The notes beneath the pieces were generated by a model that saw nothing but the letters and a program-made list of their open reading frames with translations, had not been told where the DNA came from and searched no databases. A program made the position numbers and the translations under genes. A DNA stretch of 64,000 nt from the human T2T-CHM13v2.0 reference genome, Homo sapiens. Of the stretch, positions 39,183-52,790 are shown piece after piece; within the stretch, counting starts at the first letter, position 1; every line of letters begins with the position of its first letter. The stretch lies in assembly GCF_009914755.1 (NCBI RefSeq), contig NC_060929.1; one strand, written 5' to 3'.

Positions 39183-39586
39183 ACATTATTCCTGCCTTAT
39201 CCTTGGGGGATACATTCCAAGACTATCAGTGGATGCCTGAAACCATAGATAGTGTCAAACCCTATATATACTCTGTTTTTTCCTATACACACACACCTGG
39301 GATAAAGTTTAGTTTATAAATTACATACAACTGTGATAAAGTTTAGTTTATAAATACACACACACCTGTGATAAAGTATAATTTATAAATTAGGCACAGT
39401 AAGAGAGAATAATAACTAATAAGATGGAACAATTAAAACTATATACTGTAATGGAGGTTATGTGAATGTGGTCTCTCACTCTCTGAAAATATTTTATTAT
39501 ACTGTACTCACCTATTTTTGGACCTTGGTTGACTACAAGTAATTGAAACTTTGGAAAGCAAAACAGTGGATAAGAGAGGACTACTG
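39183..39586. mobile_element. MER44-like (Tigger7-derived) DNA element
   Basis: CCTTATCCTTGGGGGATACATTCCAAGAC...GGATGCCTGAAACCATAGATAG...GTGGATAAGAGAGGACTACTG|TA with inverted termini. Confidence 0.8.
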
Positions 39587-40206
39587 TATTCAAAACAGTG
39601 GTTCTCAACCCTGGCCACTTTAACAGGATGCCCTGGCCCCTCCCCCTAGTTATTTTTATTTAGTTAGACTGGGCTATGGCCTTATTATCAACATTTTTAC
39701 AAATCTCTCTAAGTGATTCTCAAGTACAGCCAAGGTTAAATGCCATTATTTTAATAAATGAAAGGTTTTTATAGTAAACAAAAGCAGTAACTTTGATTGT
39801 GACCCAGTATCTGTTTATTTTACATCTCCCTTTTGTCATCTCACATGGATGGTCACTAGTTAGTAAATGAAATACATGACAGGCTTTGTTAGTCTGAACA
39901 GGCACAAAGGAAAAAGCAGCATCATTTAATAACTTATGGTGTGAATATCAGCATTAGACATCAGCATTAAATGGCATATTACACAAACAGTGTATTTATG
40001 CATATCATGCAGAGAGAAATTGGAGACGTTTTAGGGCTTTACTTTGGAATTGACTCACAAGCATGTTCCCATCAAAACAACAAGAACAAAAGAAACTCCA
40101 GGAAATCACTTTGCTTCTAAATTGAAAACAAGGAGAGAATGGCATTGATGGAGATGAAGCTGGGCTTAATACCCTTATGAGGAGGAGTAAAAGGACTGTA
40201 CCTACC

Positions 40207-40565
40207 TGTCATAGTCTGTTCAGGCTGCCTTAGCAAAGTACCATACAGTGGGTAGCTTAAGCAATATACACTGATTTCTCACAGCAGTTCTGGAGCTGGG
40301 AAATCCAAGACCAAGGCACAGATGGATTCAGTGTCTGGTGAGGGTTCTTTTCCAGTTCATGGATGGTGCCTTCTCTCTGTGTCCTCACATGGCAGAAGAA
40401 GCAAAGGGTCTCTCTTGGGCCTCTATTATAAGCCCACTAATCCCATTTATTTAAGGCCCTGCCCATGACCTAACTATCTCCCAAAAGCCCCATCTCCAAC
40501 TACCATCACACTGGGAATTTCATCATATGAATTTTGGGTGGACCCACATATTCAGACCACAGCAC
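40207..40565 (-). mobile_element. MLT1A/B-like LTR
   Basis: TGTCATAGTCTGTTCAGGCTGC...GTTCTGGAGCTGGGAAATCCAAGACCAAGG...ATTCAGACCACAGCA. Confidence 0.8.
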
Positions 40566-43500
40566 CACTGGTCCTTAAGCATTCCTCCTAAAACATGTTG
40601 TCACATCAGGTGGTGGCTGTTCACTGTCTCTCCTCTGTACCTGAATTGACCTGTAACAGGAGAAAGAAACTCACCGTGGGTGAGCCCTCCTTTGTCCTGG
40701 GTACTTTCAACTTGTTTGTCTTTATTGTTCATCCCAACAACCTCACAAGGAAGGTACCATATCGTGCACCCATTTTGCAGATAAGGAAACAAGGCCTCAG
40801 AAATGCTAACCAACTTTCCAAATAAACCCAGCTAGTAAATGGTGCATACAGGGTTTGAACCAGTCTCAAGTTCCAAATGCCCCTTTTTCCCTGTCACCCT
40901 GCCACCTCCCTGGCATGATACTAATCAAGAAAGGATGTGACCAGGAAGCCAGTTGATGAGAAGTATCTCTGAGAGGAGGAAGTTTTCCAGGTGGGACACT
41001 CCAAAGCCTAGGGTTACTCACACTCCTATTCCCGTGCGTTCCAGATGATACAAGCCACCACAAGGTGATTTGAGCTAGGCAAGGAGTTGGTAGGCATACT
41101 AGAACCCCTAATAGAGCAAGGCAGGAAGTAGGGGCTTGAGATGACAGTGGCGATGGCGGGGGTTGCATATTAGCATCTGAGTCTAGAACTCTGAATCACT
41201 TTTTCCCATGGACATTTAATTACAGGGTAGCCTGTGTGCTTATGATGAGTGGCATGATTATTTATAAAGGTGCTCATGGTTAACAGACCCTTTAGTGAGC
41301 TAGCTGGGGCCTAAACAATATGACTAAATAGGAGTGACTGATTAGGCCAGGAGATTCCAGGTTTGGGGCATTCCTAAACTTTTTATTTGTGGCAAAATAT
41401 TATTAATAATAGTTCTATTAGGCCAGGATTAATTTGAACCTGCAGCTTATGACATAGTCTCATGTATGAGATGCAGACCTTTCAACGTGTGGTTAAATTT
41501 GAAAGACAATCTGTGGTGCTCTCTAGGTCAACCATTGCCCACATTGCAAAGATAAGCTTCAGTGAAAATGATGGCTGTGTTTTCTGAAGGGCAAAGGAAG
41601 AGTCTAGGCCAGCAAAGAATAGCAAGCAAAGATCTCTTTGAGTCCAGCTCTCTATCTAAATACAAGGAGTCCTCCAAGGGGCTCTCATCTTAAACAATTA
41701 GCAGTTTAATCTGGGAGGTGTCAAGATTACGGCTGAAGGTGGCAGCAAGGTAGAGGAAAGGGTCTTTTTACAAAGACACAATCTGAGGGTGTTACAACTA
41801 GGCAAAGGTCTGTCGCAGTCTGTATAAACTGAAAACAACCTTGGAATTTTTATGAGAGACTGCAGACCTCATTCTGAAGCTCACCACTAGCAGGGACTGC
41901 CTGCCACGGACTCTATCCCAGTAGAACCATGAAGACATCATTGCAGCATGATACAGACATACATCATAGGCAACTGTATAAGGCTCTGGTGTAATATTTC
42001 TTCTATGAGATGTATTTATATCAATTGTGAAGAGGCTGGCATGAAATTATATTGCTAAGGTCTATTTAATTTCTAGACAATGCTGCATTCTCTTTTATCA
42101 TTCATCTAAAGACCCACTCATTTTATTAAAGAGATGTAAATTTTCCCAAAATAAGCTAGTTGATTTTGTTCATGCAGAAGCATTGATTTTAGAAGATATT
42201 TTCTATTAACAATAATCTACTTACATCTAAATGCAAACAGGCTAGCATCAGAGAACAAAAAAATTAAATTTGCAAAAACTCTATATTTCTAACATTAACT
42301 TAGAAAGTTTCTCTCAGTATTCCACACTCAGCTCTAATTTATCAGTGAATTTTTCATCCTTATAAGGTACCAATACGGGTCAAATAATGTGTTCTGCTCT
42401 TTTCTGCTGAAGACTATTGATAGACTTTTAGCATGAGAAAAACAGATTAGGGAAACCAACAACAAGCAATACAAACCAAAATAAGCTAAAGCAAATATAG
42501 ATATATTCATTCAATATAAGCCAAAATAAGCTAAAGCAAATATGGATATATTCTCCAGCCAATGCTCAATTTTCTGATTTCTAATACAACTAAAATATCT
42601 AGAAAAAAATTGTTTTTTAGTAATATGGTTCAACTTATAACAATCATCTTTTTAAAAGCCCCTCATTTGTACCATTTATAAATCTTTGTTACCTGGGTTA
42701 CCAGGTATCAGGGGATATCATATGTGAATTTCAATGTATTATGTCCCAGAAACACTAAAAACATTTTCACTATTGCTAGAATAGCAAAAAGTTTCATTGC
42801 TGCATGCAAATGACCACTTTTCAAATGATAAAACACTAAAATGTTTTATAAGCTCTTTTCCTAGAGGTCTCTGGGGATTTGCCTTAAGTATTTGCATAAA
42901 TAAATTATAAATGGATCCATCACAGCTGACTGCATTGAGTGAGGTGAAACTCAAGAGTGAATTTTAAACTGTGCTCAGCAATAAAGAGGAGTGTTCAATA
43001 TCAGCTGCAGCACAGGTTTTGATTCATAATCCTTCACAGGTCTCTCCATTCCGTGACTTTCCAGGTAGTCTCTTCGGTGTCCTTCATCACATTTAATCTT
43101 TCTCTCTTCTCAACTACTCAGAATGAACACTCTATGTGGTCTTATTAAAATCGACTCCTGCACAAAGTATTGGGGAAAACTTAATTGGCCTTCCAGGGTA
43201 GCGTGTTTGTGATTACGTTTGATATGAATTCTGTGCATATTAGCCTAAGTGAAGAAATAAATGAAGAAAGGTATTCCAGTGATCATAAAACATTACTAGA
43301 ACAGGGGCAAAGCATCACGCTGCACAATGTGTCTTGGCTCTGCCCACAAGATGCACAGCAAGGAGCAATAATGTATTGCCCAATGAAAAATACCATTTGG
43401 TATGCAAATTAAAGAGAGGACAAAGCTTCTGATCTTGGCCCTGCATCCACCCAACATAAACGCAGACTTGGAAACAATTAGTATGCCTATTTGCCAATAG

Positions 43501-44719
43501 AGCCTTGGAAAACTAAATGGAGTCCTAAATCAGAGACAGACACTAAGAAGGCAGAGAAAGAATACTCATTAGCCAGGTCCACACAGTGGTTTTATGGGTG
43601 TTCCTAAGAGAAAAGAGCTGATAGGACTTTCAGAAGACCTCAGATAAAATCCTTTAAGCCATTGACATTATAATATTAGATCTAATACTGTTGGCACTTT
43701 GCAAGAAAATTCTGAAATCCGGGGGATGAAGAAGCCATTTTTAAAAGGCTCATTTGAGGAGTTTTGAGTTTAATTCATTGTCTTGATCAAGTGTTATTGC
43801 TAATAAACAAATTCTAACAGCGTCTGAGGAAAAGAAACATGAGGCCATTTATCCGCCACTGCATCCCACTCTTGATACTTCATTCTTCACTTCAAGTTCC
43901 TTCCCTCCCACCTGCTCTCTATATTTTCTTTTTTATGCAAATGAAAGGAGAGAGTAGAATTCTGTCTATAAATACTACTTACCTGGCTGCTCAGATTTAT
44001 GGTTTTCCAGGCTGAAGACCAGAACCAGAAAAGCCCCTCAGGGTGCAGATCAGACAAGCAACACATTCTATTCTTGCATAGATAACATTAATTTTGTTTA
44101 AAGTGCAGCACAGAATAAGTCTCATCATTTAAGACAACTAAGAACATGTTTGTAAATTCAGTTTCTTAGCCAAATCTCATATCTGATTCTAAAACTGACC
44201 TTGAATCCTTCTTATCCTCCTTCACGGGGGATATTTACGGAAACTTGATATGCACATGTTGGACGTAGCAGATGCCACTCAATTGACCAGAGCACATAAA
44301 CCTCAAGAATACCACTAGATTTCCTCCTCGTGTTTTCAAAACCGACTGGTTTATTGGTTTTCCAAAGGATTCAGACTATGGAGAGCCATATTGTGAATAT
44401 AAGTGTACCACTTGTTTGTCCTTAAGAGGCATTATTTTGATGTGCTGACAGGGGCTACTAATCAAGAGTGATCAGTTGCGTAGTTTTTAAAAATCACTCC
44501 TAATACTTGCAAGAGAAAATTATTTAAAATGTAAAAGCAATTATGCATGTCATCAGAGCCATTTTAGGAAAAAAAAGGTGTACTGCAGATTTTGGGGAGA
44601 GGATTGTCTTTCAGACAAAATTACTCATACATATGTTTTATTATTTATATCATTACTAAAAATCTTCATACTGAAAAAAATTCAGAAACTATATTATCAG
44701 TATGCACTCACATACCTAG

Positions 44720-45005
44720 GTTTTTTTAAATTTTTGGGGGGTACATAGTAGGTGTATATGTATTTATGGAGTACATGAGATATTTTGATACACGCATACA
44801 AGGTGTAATAATCACATCAGGATAAATGGGGTGTCCATCACCTCAAGCATTTATCCTTTGTGTTACAAACAATCCAGTTATACTCTTCTAGTTATTTTAA
44901 ATGTGCAGTTAAATTATTATTAACTATAGTCATCCTGCTTTGCTATCAAATACTAGATCTTATTGATTCTATTTTTTGTACTCACTAACCATGCCCACTT
45001 CCCCT
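44720..45005 (-). mobile_element. L1MA 3' end
   Basis: GGGTACATAGTAGGTGTATAT...CATCACCTCAAGCATTTATCCTTTGTGTTACAAACAATCCA. Confidence 0.85.
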
Positions 45006-45924
45006 AGTTTCATATAACGCTTCATCTTTGAACAAAAATTTATCACTAATAATGACATTGATGCTGTATATTTTGTCTAAACTATAGAATCCTACAAGCT
45101 ACTTAAGTATAAAATTTGTGGCTGTCTCATCAGGTCTCTTAATACTGAATTCTTTATAATGAGATTTTTCCATTGCAAATGGTATTTAACAAAAAGTACT
45201 CCTCATTCCAATGACTTAGAAACACATGATTTCCATCCACCACTACTCCAAACTGGCAGCCATCATCATAAGGTGTGAAATTTCATTTTAAAAGCAGCCC
45301 TCCACATCCCTCCATATCCCTCCACTCCAAGTCAGGCTTTCCTGTCACCCGTCCTGCAGATACTGTGCCCACTTTCTCCCTTTAGGGAGCAAGAGGCCAG
45401 TCCCCAGCGCTTGGGGGTCTGAGATGTTTTCCTTTACTCCTTTAAATCTAAATTTAGATGTCACCTTCTCAGAGCTGCTTTTCCTTATGGTCCAATCAAA
45501 TTAAGTCTCTCCAGGCAAAGAGTATCCTGAGTAGAGATGTTGTTCGAGGACACTGGACCCTGGCTAGGCTTTTTCCACTGATGGTGACATGGCCTCACTA
45601 ATGCTGAGGTGGTTCAATGTTTGCCAGCATTCCGTTAAAGATGCTCAGAGAAGCCAAGGTATGCTTCTATGGAATGGTGAAATAAGCCCCATACATAAAA
45701 AGACAGTTCTTTATGAGACAAGACTTTCCTTTTAGACTCAGTCAATTCTGGAAGGACCTTACCTGCCCAGAGAGGGTCACCAGAAGCTGTGAGTTGCACA
45801 AGGGAACAAGGGAGCCAGAAAACCAGAGAAAAGCCAGGCAAGGATGTGCAGCAGCTGCTCTGGCTCCGGGGAGTGCCTCCCTGCTATTGCATGTATGTCC
45901 TCCGTAAAAATAAATGTCATCTAG

Positions 45925-46245
45925 GAAGAAGAGAAGTCTTTGAATGTTCTCACCACAAAGAAATGATAAATGCATGAGATGCTGGATATACACATTACTC
46001 TAATTGGATCATTACACAACACAAATATGTATCAAAACATCAAATTTTACTCCATAAATATGTACAATTACAATGTGTCAATTAAAAACATCAATTTAAA
46101 TTTAAAAAGTAATAAATGTCGAGAGATTATGAATATGTAAATTAGCTTCGTTTAATCACTCCACATTGTATACATATATCAAAACACCACATTTTACTCC
46201 ATAAATGCAATATGATCAGTTAATCAATTAAAAATATCAATAAAA
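45925..46245 (+). mobile_element. L1MA 3' end, with the terminal segment present twice in tandem
   Basis: GAATGTTCTCACCACAAAGAAATGATAAATG; TATCAAAACA.CA.ATTTTACTCCATAAAT...CAATTAAAAA.ATCAAT occurs twice. Confidence 0.75.
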
Positions 46246-46450
46246 CAGTAAAAATAAATGGTGACATTGTAACATGGCTTCTGCCTGATAGTGGTGACAC
46301 AACTGATGTGCTGCAGTCTCCTCTGTTATTCTCATTCACGACGTCCAGTATTTTCCTTCATAGCACTTAATGCACAATCTTTATATTATCTTCTAGACAC
46401 CTAATGTACATCATGTTATATAACCATAAATTTAGATTATAGATAACTAC

Positions 46451-48726
46451 TGATATGGTTTGGGCTCTGTGTCCCCACCCAAATCTCATCTTGAATTGTA
46501 ATCCCCATGTGTCAAGGGAGAGACCTGGGGGGAGGGATTGAATCCTGGAGACAGTTTCCCCCTTGCTGTTCACAGGATAGTGAGCTCTCACGAGATATGA
46601 TGGTTTAAAAGTGTGACAGCCCCCACCCCTTCCACCATGTAAGACGTGCCTTGCTTCCCCTTGGCCTTCCACCATGATTGTAAGTTTCCTGAGGCCTCCT
46701 AAGCCTTGTGAAACTGTGAGTCAATTAAACCTCTTTTCTTTATCAATTACCCAGTCTCACGTAGTTCATTATAATGTATATATGAACTAATAAAGAAAAT
46801 TGGTACCAGGAGTTTGGGTCACTGCTGTAAAGATACCTGAAAATGTGGAAGCAACTTTGAAACTGGGTAATGGGCAGAGGTTGGTACAGTTTGGAGAGCT
46901 CAGAAGAAGACAGGAAGAGGTGGGAAACTTTGGAACTTCCTAGAAATGTGTTGAATAGTTTTGACCAAAATGCTGATAGTGATGGGGCAATGAAGTCCAG
47001 GTTGAGATGCTCTCAGATGGAGATGAACTTATTGGGAACTGGAGCTAAGGTCACTCTTGCTGTGCTTTAGCAAACAGACTAACAGCATTTTTCCCCTGCC
47101 TTAGAGATCTGTGAAACTTTGAACTTGAGATGATTTAAGGTATCTGGCAGAAGAAATTTCTAAGCAGCAAAGCATTTAAGATGTGACCTGGGTGCTCTTA
47201 ACAGCATACGGCCATATGCATTCACAAAGAGATGGTTTGAAATTAAAACTTATGTTTAAAGAGGAAGCAGAGCATAAAAATTTGACCAATTGCAGCCTGA
47301 CCAAGTGATAGAAGAAAAAAAAATCTATTTTCTGGGGAGAAATTCAAGCTGCCTGCAGAAACTTGCATAAGTAAAGAGATGCCGAATATTAATAGCCAAG
47401 ATAATGGGGAAAATGTCTCCAGGGCATTTCATAGATCTTCATGGCAGCCCCTCCCATCACAGGTCCGGAGGCCTAGAAGGGAAAAATTGTTTCCTGGGCT
47501 GGGCCCAGGGCTCCACTGCTCTGTGCAGCCTTGGGACATGACACCCTGCATCCCAGCTGCTCCAGCTCTAGCCATGGCTAAAAGTGGCCAAGGTACAGCT
47601 CAGGACACAGCTTCAGAGGGTACAAGCCCCAAGCCTTGGCAGGTTTCACATGGTGTTGGGCCTACAGGTATGCAGAAAACAAGACTTGAGGTTTCGGAAC
47701 CTCCACTTAGATTTCAGAGGATGTATGGAAATGCCTGGATGTCCAGGCAGAAGTCTGGTGCAGTAGCAGAGTCCTCATGGAGAACCTCTACTAAGGCAGT
47801 GCAGAGGGGAAATGTAGAGTTAGAGCCTCCACACAGAGTCCCCACTGGAGCACTGCCTAGTGGAGCCATGAGAAATGCACCACCATCCTGTAGCTCCCAG
47901 AATGGTAGATCCACTGACAGCTTGCACTGTGCACCTGGAAAAGCTGCAGGCAATCAATGCCAGCCCGTGAAAGCAGCCACAGGGGCTGTACCCTATGGAG
48001 CTTCAGAGGTAGAGCTGCCCAAGAACTTGGGAGGCCACTTCTTGCATCAATGTGCCCTGGATATGAGATATGGAGTCAAAGGAGATTGTTTTGAAACTTT
48101 AAGGTTTAATGATTACCCTCTTGGGTTTTGGACTTGCATGGAGCCTGTAGCCCCTTTGTTTTGGCCAATTTTCCCATTTGGTGCTTTTGATTTTACAGGC
48201 TCACAGGTGGAAGGGACTTCTCTTGTCTCAGATGAGACTTTGGACTTGGACTTTTAGGTTAATGCTGGAATGAGTTAAGACTTTTGGGGACTGTTGGGAA
48301 GGTATGATTGTGTTTTAAAATATAAGGACATGAGAGTTGGGAAGGGCTGGGGTGGAACAATATGGTTTGGCTCTGTGTCCCCACCCAAATCTCATCTTAA
48401 ATTGTAATCCCCACATGTCGAGGGAGGAACCTGGTGGTATGTTATTGGATCATGGGGGCAGTTTCCCCTGTGTGGTTCTCATGATAGAGAGTGAGTTCCC
48501 ACAAGATCTGAAGGTTTAAAAGTGTGTGGCTGTTCCCTTCACGTTCTCTCTCTCCTGCTCCACCATTGTGAAGATATGCCTGGTTCCTCTTCATCTTCCA
48601 CCATGATTACGTTTCCTGAGGCCTCCCCAGCCATACAGAACTGTGAGTCAATTTTAAACCTCTTCTCTTTATAAATTCACCAGTCTCAGGTAGTTCTTTA
48701 TAGCAGTGTGAAAACGGACTAATACA
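46451..48726 (+). mobile_element. Full-length MST/THE1D-type MaLR: LTR 46451-~46794, internal, LTR 48358-48726
   Basis: Two homologous LTRs flank an internal region homologous to the one at 9648-11204. Perfect 5-bp TSD ACTAC at 46446-46450 and 48727-48731. Confidence 0.95.
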
Positions 48727-49356
48727 ACTACATGTGTACCTGAATAATTGCTATATTCTGCATCTATTCTTCTCAGGTGAATTCTATGAGATTAAGCACT
48801 GTGACTGTTTTTTTTTCTTTCACCATTGCATCACCAATTCAGCAGAGAGTCTTCATAGGAGGTGCAAAATAAATATTTTTTAGTAAATCAATATTGGGAC
48901 AGTTGAAAAAGACTGTTATATGATTCTGCAATGGTAGCAAGCCCCTGGCTGTTTTTTCTCCATGTCTAAGACCATCAGAAAGCCTCTCCATTGCAGGAGA
49001 GATTCATTCAATCGGTCCTCCCTTGCCTACCTGACTGTGGAATGCCCAGCACCTTTTGGTGGGAGGAGCCCCGGTAGGGGTAGGTGGCTATGCAGAAAGG
49101 GGCCTCATTGACTCATCACTGCTTCAGGGGCCAGCCATGTTGAATTAGTTCCTAAAAGTTCTTAGTTGTTTTCATGGTCTTTTTCTACTTTGGGTCTCCA
49201 AGACTTATGCATGCATACTAACAGATGTGTATCACAAAATCATATGAATGACACATTTTCAAATTATTTGATAAAAAATCCAGTCTTGAAAGCTTATTTC
49301 TAGATACTTAGTGCCAATTACCCCCTTTTCTGATAAACAACAATTATGAATGAGGC

Positions 49357-51013
49357 ATTTAGTAAAAACATTTTATTAATTCCTATGATGTTGACATTTT
49401 CATTACTTGCTTTTCAAAATGAAATGATTGTTTCACCACAATTCACACAAATCAACTGATATACTAATCCACACCAAAAGAAAGAACTCACAAGAAAACA
49501 GTATCATCTAAGATGGTGGGAGTCACAGGAGCCACTCAGTCCTAACTCTCATGATCATGAGCATGAAATAATGATCCTGGTCCACAGAATGAAGCCCAGT
49601 GAGAGGGACCCACACTTGTCTCCCGGTATCCACCTACCAAAAACTGTTTATCCAAAAAAATGCAGTTATACAGATCCAGAGCTAACCAAAAGTTTATAAA
49701 CCACAATTCTAATTTAGTACTGACTATATTTTCTAGTCAGTAGGTTAGATGAAGAATTATTAATAACATCTAACCAGAATTTAAAGAAAAATACGTGAAA
49801 AGTTCCTTTGATAATGTTTCCTAATTAATAAAAGTCCATAGAAAGTCCCTACGCACCGTCTAATATTTCTACCCTTTTTTTATTTTTTCTCCTGATCATC
49901 ACATTTTTTCAAGCCAACTATAATTCTTGCTATCACATCTGTTCTTATTTTTCTATCTTGCCATCTAATCTTTGTCCACATGCAAATATATTTGCTGTTA
50001 TAATCACAGTGTGCTCAATATTTTGTAAACTAAATCTTTCACTTAACAGTCTGGGTCTACCATTTCATATTATGGAATCTTCAAAATTGTTTTTTATGGT
50101 TGCCAAATATCTCTTAATTTCCTTAACCATAGCCTGACTATTGAATATTTATGATTTTTCCATTTTTTTCTGTTATTAAATGCAATTTTATATAGACTGT
50201 TTTCAGTCTTTTAAATTGTTTCCTTGATGTAGAGAAAACAAAGATCCAAGGGTGTGAATATTTTTATGGCTCTTTCTGTATTTAATCATTTTACAAAAAG
50301 GTTGGGTTGATTTACATTGCTCCAGCAATTTGTGAGTGGATCAGTTTTACTGAGAGCATGCTATCATTTACTTTTAGCTTTAATTTTTATTATAAGAATT
50401 ATCAATTAGTATTTCATTATTAATTATAAGTAGGCTTAAGCATTGTTCTACGTTTATTCTCTATGTTTACATAAATTTTCTATTTACATTCTTAATCCAT
50501 TCTTCTATTTCCTTCTATTTTTTAAAAGGTATTTTTAATTGGCTGCTTGAAACCCTGAAAATAAGTCTCTTAACTTGACCTAAATACGAAAGGCAATAGA
50601 AGCAAAATCAGCACAGACTTGCCCTGTTACCTTCAAGAACTTGGCTGTTACCAGGCCACGTTAACAGAAGAATAATTCCTCCCAGAGAAATACTGTCTGC
50701 TTACCCTAGTCAGTCTTCGGAGCGAAGTAAGAAGAAAATATACTACTGTGGATTTGAGGGCCACACTTCATTAGGATGCTGTAAATTTACTTTTATATCA
50801 CTAAATAACATTTTCAACAAACTCAGACATTGGTCACTAATGATGAAACAAGTAAAATATAAGCATCCAATTAAGGAGTGGGGAAAACCTATGCAGCTCA
50901 TTAATTGCATAAACGACCTAACATACACTGTCCAGCAGTCATACAGAAATAAAGGTTACAATAATTTAGATCTTGCATTTTCCAAAGCATTGGGTGGGGA
51001 CACTCCCCACATG
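49357..51013 (-). other. DNAH5: DNAH5 3' UTR (distal end approximate)
   Basis: AT-rich sequence after the TAA stop, extending to an AATAAA at 49372-49377. The cleavage site is inferred to lie ~15-20 nt past the hexamer. Confidence 0.65.
49372..49377 (-). terminator. Candidate distal polyadenylation signal AATAAA of DNAH5
   Basis: TTTATT on the + strand, followed on the minus strand by a T/G-rich stretch (ATTGTTGTTT). More proximal hexamers also exist. Confidence 0.6.
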
Positions 51014-51165
51014 TTACTTGACATCACACAGAAGGGCAACCCCACGGAGCACCCAGTGTTCAGGGGTCTGGGCTGTCCTGAGATCCACAGCGGCAATGTA
51101 GTTCAAGTCCGTTCGAACTGGCTTCTTATAGATGGGACAGGAGTAAAACCGAGGATCTCGTAAAG
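51014..51165 (-). CDS. DNAH5: DNAH5 terminal coding exon (152 bp including TAA); not in the ORF track
   Basis: Manual translation gives (T)[49 protein letters not shown], with dynein C-terminal Y.CP.YK and HW.LRGVALL motifs. T-rich tract and AG acceptor at 51166-51167. The split codon A|CT matches the phase of the previous exon. Confidence 0.96.
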
Positions 51166-52561
51166 CTACAAAAAACATAAAAGAAAAGAACTTGGTGAAA
51201 TTTCCACTTTAGAGCCCAAGGAGAATGCAGAGCCATGCTTCTGCATTCTGTAGGTCATTTCAAAAACAGATGGGTTTGGCTGAATGAGGGACATTCTTTC
51301 TGAGGTCAGGCAATTCCTAGATGTGAGGCAGATGCTCCCACATGGTGCCAGCAGATGTGGCAAGACACCCAGACAGCCTCTGGTGGCCTCTGCTGGCCCC
51401 TTGCCCTGAACCATGGACAGTAACTCATGCCCACATGCTTCCTCTCTCTCCTTTGCACCTGTCCACTCAACATCCCCTCCACCTGTTCTCCTTCACCTCC
51501 TCACCAAACCTTGAGCACACACACATCTACTTTTACTCAGGCATCCAGCACCAGTGGGCATTACTTTATTATTTCAAAATCTTCAACCCTGCAGGCCATA
51601 GTCTACATCACATTTTAAATCCCAGGACAGAGGGTGCCTCCCCACCCCCCAGCTAAATCAGGTATTGTGAATTCTCCATATATGTAGAGAAATAAAATTG
51701 CTGGGACGCAGAGAGTAATGGCCCAATTCACCTCCCTGAGACTCAGTCTACCTTTCTGGAGTAGAAGAATGGATGCAGTTTCCAAAATGACACTGCAATG
51801 AAAGGCAATCTATGTATGTCCATCCTTCAGAGATCCTTTCTAACACATCCATCTCCACCCACATGCTCCCTTTCTCTCCAGCCTTGGAAACCCCATACTC
51901 AGAGACAGGTCCAGGTCTGTGGGGACTTAAACTTATACAATTCATGAGGGCCCTCTTTAAGAAAAGGAGTAAAATTTATAAATAAAAAAGTAGGCTTTGG
52001 AAGGAGACTCTGCCTGTGAGCAGCCTGGGAGTTTAAGCCTCATTAGCTTCTTATGAAACCCACTCTGCCCACAGTAGTTTATCTGCACATCTCCTAACAT
52101 GCATCTCAGGAAATAGTATATTATTTAATATTCTCTTCCAGATTATACATTTTTTGAGGACAAGAGTGTGTCTACACCCATCCCTGTACTCTTCCGGGAA
52201 GTCAATATTACAAAAAAATTAAAAAACCCTCACTTAACTATTCAGGTGAAATTACATTTAACTAAGAGGATGCTCTGCTTTTGTGAATTAATGTTACAAA
52301 CATGGGCACTGAAACACATCAGAGTTATTGAATTTATTTCTCAAAACTGACATGCTCAAAAATTTACCTTTTCCAGAAAATTACAAAAGCAAGGCACTAT
52401 CAGAAACTAAAGTCTCATTATTTGATCCAATAGAACTTGTAACCTGCTGTGCCCTGTGTTTTTACATATCCACTATAAATTTAATTAATTGTATTAGAAG
52501 AAGTGAAACGTTTGAATACAATAATGTTACACATAAGTTTCAATATAAAATAAATAATCCT

Positions 52562-52790
52562 AAAGCCGTGATTCTTAACCAGGGACAATTCTACTTACGG
52601 AGGACATTTGCCAATATCTGAAGACATTTTTGGTTAACACAGCCGTAGGCTTGCTGCTGACATCTTCAGGAATAGAGGTCAGGGATAATGCTAACATCCT
52701 ATGATGCACAGGACAGCTCCCCCAAAACAAAGCGTTACCCAGACCAAATATGTCAATAGTACCAAGAGAATGAGAAACCTTCTTCTAAAA
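52562..52790. mobile_element. MER20 (hAT) element in the last DNAH5 intron
   Basis: GTGATTCTTAACCAGGGACAATT...GGACATTTGCCAATATCTGAAGACATTTTTGGTT...ATGCACAGGACAGCTCCCC. Confidence 0.8.

Noticed and set aside
50840-51163. 107-aa plus-strand ORF overlapping the last DNAH5 exon; its LDLAFSKAL weakly resembles the CR1/L3 reverse-transcriptase motif LDFSKAFD
   Set aside because: It is largely an antisense shadow of coding sequence, and the motif similarity is too short to call without an HMM search.
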